This document shows positions 26,594 to 29,483 of a stretch of DNA of 29,483 nucleotides, one piece after another (the first letter of the stretch is position 1; each line of letters opens with the position of its first letter). The translations under genes were made by a program, and so were the position numbers. The notes beneath the pieces are model-generated. The model saw nothing but the letters and a program-made list of their open reading frames with translations. It was not told the origin of the DNA and did no database searches. The DNA is from Craspedostauros australis. Its lineage: Eukaryota. The stretch lies in contig JALAGF010005434.1 of assembly GCA_030167865.1 (NCBI GenBank), forward strand, positions 62,001 through 91,483, read 5' to 3'.

Positions 26594-27958
26594 TCATTCG
26601 TTGACCGTCGACGTTGCATCCCCCCATTCAAAATCGGTCAAGTCAAGGTCCATGGCTGTTGCCATCGTGTCATCCAGAATCATCATGTCTTCGTTCGCCA
26701 GGACATCATCCTCCAAGCAATTGGCGGAGTCAAAATCATCGTTCCACCGAAAGTTCATCACGCTGAGGTTGGACGGCAGCAACGAGATGAGGCTGTTGCC
26801 ATTTCCGTTCATCGCAATGCTGTTGTCATTGAAGCAATTCTCCGCACCCGAAGCGTCTGCGGGTTGGAAGTCGATTGGCTGCATGTTGGAATGCGTGCCA
26901 TCACGATCGCTGTCAGTGCCGGCATCACCCTCATCCGAACAGCCCATGACGTCGTTGGGTGTAAGGAGCTCGCAGTCCAGCGTCGTGTAATCGATCGGAG
27001 TTGGTTCCGTCATATCCATCGGACAGACGTTGACGTTCCAATGCTCCCGCAGCTTGCGGGCCATCAGCGCGATCTCATCGTTCTTGATCTGCTCTTCGCT
27101 GTATCCGCAGACATGCAGCAATCGCTCGCGTCGTTCTTGGTAGGTGAGCCGTCGCGGGAACACGTAAGAGCTGCGGCGGTATCGTACGAAGGATGGTCGT
27201 CCGTGCGTCTGATTGCTGGCAGCGCTGTCGTTGCGGCTGTTGTTGGCGGTGCTATCACTATCGCCGCTGCTGTGGCCATCAATGACTTTTTCAGGTGCTG
27301 TTGCAACGGCGAACGCGGCGGCTACAATGTTCGCCTTCCTGGTTGCCATCGATGGCGATGCATCATCCGTTCCCTCTGCCGAAGCGATCTGTGATGCAAC
27401 GGACGGGTCGGCATTGTGCGCATCCGCTTGCGATGATGGTGGTTGTGATAATGGCGACTCTGGCGAATGGCGCAACGGTGCATCATCCGTTCCACCTTCC
27501 GGCGTTCCGTGTTGCGGTTCGTTCCGGCGCTGCTCCGTCACGCTATCGTGTTCATCGTCTGCATCGGCAGACACGATGCTCTTGCGCGTGACGACATCGC
27601 TGTACTTCCAGTCGAGGGAGACGGGCAGGCCATCCTGGCACAACGGATGGTCGCCCACGACGAGGGCGTACTCGCGAGTTTGGATGTGATCCCAACGCAC
27701 GCTCTTCTTGTGTCTCTTGCTGTGAATGTTGACGCTGATGTTGATGTCGCCGTGTCTTTCGTTTGAGTTGGTGCAGCTTTCATGGTTATCGTCGCTGCTA
27801 CCACAGTCGCGTCTGCTGGCGGCATCGGCGTCTCTCGCAGCGCCCATCGTAAGCGTCATGGTGGATGTCTTTGGTTGTGCTTGTGCTTGTGCCTGTGGCT
27901 GTGCTTGGGTATCTGTATCTATATCAGTATCTGTATGTGCGCTTGTGCTTGCATGCAT
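26594..27958 (-). CDS. Uncharacterised largely disordered protein with KSVRW...REY...GDHP...G.P.SLDW motif
   Basis: Long ORF; first ATG 27958 (alternative 27859). Ordered blocks KKSVRWDHIQTREYALVVGDHPLCQDGLPVSLDWKY and FPRRLTYQERRERLLHVCGYS; acidic C-terminus. Confidence 0.8.
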   Translation of the reverse strand: MHASTSAHTDTDIDTDTQAQPQAQAQAQPKTSTMTLTMGAARDADAASRRDCGSSDDNHESCTNSNERHGDINISVNIHSKRHKKSVRWDHIQTREYALVVGDHPLCQDGLPVSLDWKYSDVVTRKSIVSADADDEHDSVTEQRRNEPQHGTPEGGTDDAPLRHSPESPLSQPPSSQADAHNADPSVASQIASAEGTDDASPSMATRKANIVAAAFAVATAPEKVIDGHSSGDSDSTANNSRNDSAASNQTHGRPSFVRYRRSSYVFPRRLTYQERRERLLHVCGYSEEQIKNDEIALMARKLREHWNVNVCPMDMTEPTPIDYTTLDCELLTPNDVMGCSDEGDAGTDSDRDGTHSNMQPIDFQPADASGAENCFNDNSIAMNGNGNSLISLLPSNLSVMNFRWNDDFDSANCLEDDVLANEDMMILDDTMATAMDLDLTDFEWGDATSTVNE

Positions 27959-29345
27959 CTCCAATGAAGCGAGCGAACAATGTCTTTGGAGTGTGTATTA
28001 GTATTCGTGCGGCAGTAGAGCGTACCGAAATGTAATAGTATTGGTAGAGTATCTTCAATGGTCGGAAAGAAAGCGAAGGAGGCCTTGGGCCATCGTACGG
28101 TATCGTCCGAGTGTGGTGTGGTGTGGTGTGATTCAGCGATTGATCAGCTGATCGGTTGATCGACTGATTGGATGCCTCTGGAGTATGCGTCGCCCGTATG
28201 GTAGGTTTGTGATCGTGGCGGTGTTGCTTTGTTGTCCACTGGCCCGTCACCACCTCTTGCTGTGGTCGTGCCAGATGTGATCAAGGGAGGCAACACGTGA
28301 CGACTGCGACTACGACTACAACCGAACGGAAGGAACGAGAAGGTCAACAAAAGAACGAGAGACACGAGAGAACACCGTCCTTGATCTGTCACTTCCTCCT
28401 CTCGGACGTCTATTCCCGGTTTGTGCTTGCGACCAATCGTGCGCTCTGAAGAATCGTGTTCTGGTGGAGTTCCGACTCTCTCTGTCTGTCTTGTGCACAA
28501 ACCCGCTCAGGTGTGTGCTCCGACTGTGCTCCGACTGTGCTCCAATGCTCAAGATTGCTGGTTGTGTGCCTTTAGCTACGACTGCGTCTGATGGGGTGCA
28601 AGAGGCAGCTGCGTGATTGCTCTCTCCACGATTGTGGCTGCGATTGCGATTGCGATTGAGTTTTGTCGTATCGAGGAAGGGCGAAGGGCGAAATGGAAGC
28701 ATCCACCAAGTTTGCTGCCTCTCTTGGCATCTCTCGTTTGTGCACATGAACGCGTGCTCTTCGTGATCATTTGGGGAGGTTGTTGGCGCCCACGGAGAGG
28801 CCTCCTTGGCATTTGCGAAACCAAGACCAAACCGCACACATGTGCACAAAAGAGAAAGCGGAAGAGAACAACGAACGTATCAACCCACAGCGATTTGTCA
28901 CGAAGACACACCCAACGACGCAACAAGAACGATCGCTACCGTTACGCGTGTGTGTCTCCACCAATCGCCCCCTGCTACAAAGTTGACTGCGTGTGCGTGA
29001 ACCAACGAAACGAACTTCGCTTCCAGTCACGTAGAGCGCAGCGCGCACTTTCCATCGCAAAGAGCGCTTGTTTGATGTGGTTGATCGGTTGCGACATGAG
29101 AGGATTCTCGCATTCGGATTATTCAGTCCCACGGTACAAAATAACCTGATAGAGACACTTCTGAGGGGGGCGGGATCCGAACTTCCCCCTCGGAAATTGA
29201 ACTTCAACTTCGATTTGGTGCCCCAAATCGGAAACGGCACCCAATTCTGAGTCCTGCCAAAAGCGAACTTCCACGCGTAGGTGAAATGTGCGCAATCAAC
29301 ACAGCGTTTTCATTGGCCAGTTTGTAGTCGTGTGTGTCCATTTTT

Positions 29346-29353
29346 TGACGTCA
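29346..29353. promoter_or_regulatory. Palindromic TGACGTCA (CRE-type bZIP site; contains the TGACGT aureochrome box)
   Basis: Exact 8-mer in non-coding DNA; function untested. Confidence 0.3.
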
Positions 29354-29483
29354 TCTGCTTCGACTAAGTTCGGTTCGCGCGCGCGCCTGCCGCTACCCCC
29401 AGAAAGCGCCACCATAAACCTATGCGTGGTCCGTCTTACAGGGGGAGCCCCGTTTTGGAGGCTTGAGTGTTCGCGATGGAGAT

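Noticed and set aside
26405..27394. 329-aa plus-strand ORF
   Set aside because: Antisense shadow of the 26594-27958 gene.
28000..29000. Short tandem motifs (GTGTG, CGACTA, GTGCTCCGACT, GATTGC) as CRISPR-like or functional arrays
   Set aside because: Two to four copy simple repeats without unique spacers; ordinary slippage products in eukaryotic intergenic DNA.

Overview
Eukaryotic DNA, most likely from a diatom/stramenopile (GT-AG introns, PSxxP mucin repeats, protein motifs typical of diatoms, microsatellites). The dominant feature is an apparently intact ~8.5 kb non-LTR retrotransposon on the minus strand (~4577/4590 to ~13028/13105). It has an 870-aa ORF1 and a 1868-aa ORF2 carrying APE endonuclease, reverse transcriptase, RNase H and a CCHC knuckle, an Ambal-like architecture. 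It sits antisense a few bases after the stop codon of the first of two tandem, two-exon TLC-like membrane protein paralogs. Other genes: a 5'-truncated Cys-rich/mucin surface protein with a probable GPI signal, an alpha/beta hydrolase, an HTTM-like polytopic membrane protein, an ankyrin protein, a sulfotransferase-like type II membrane protein, a two-exon Spc24-like kinetochore protein and an uncharacterised RVxF-motif protein. I cannot demonstrate a wholly new multi-gene system. The most unusual signals are the retroelement's tail-less hairpin 3' end, its ATGTTAG ORF junction, its atypical ORF1 and its insertion site, plus a structured, motif-repeating non-coding segment near 29.2 kb. All family assignments come from motif recognition by eye, not from database searches.
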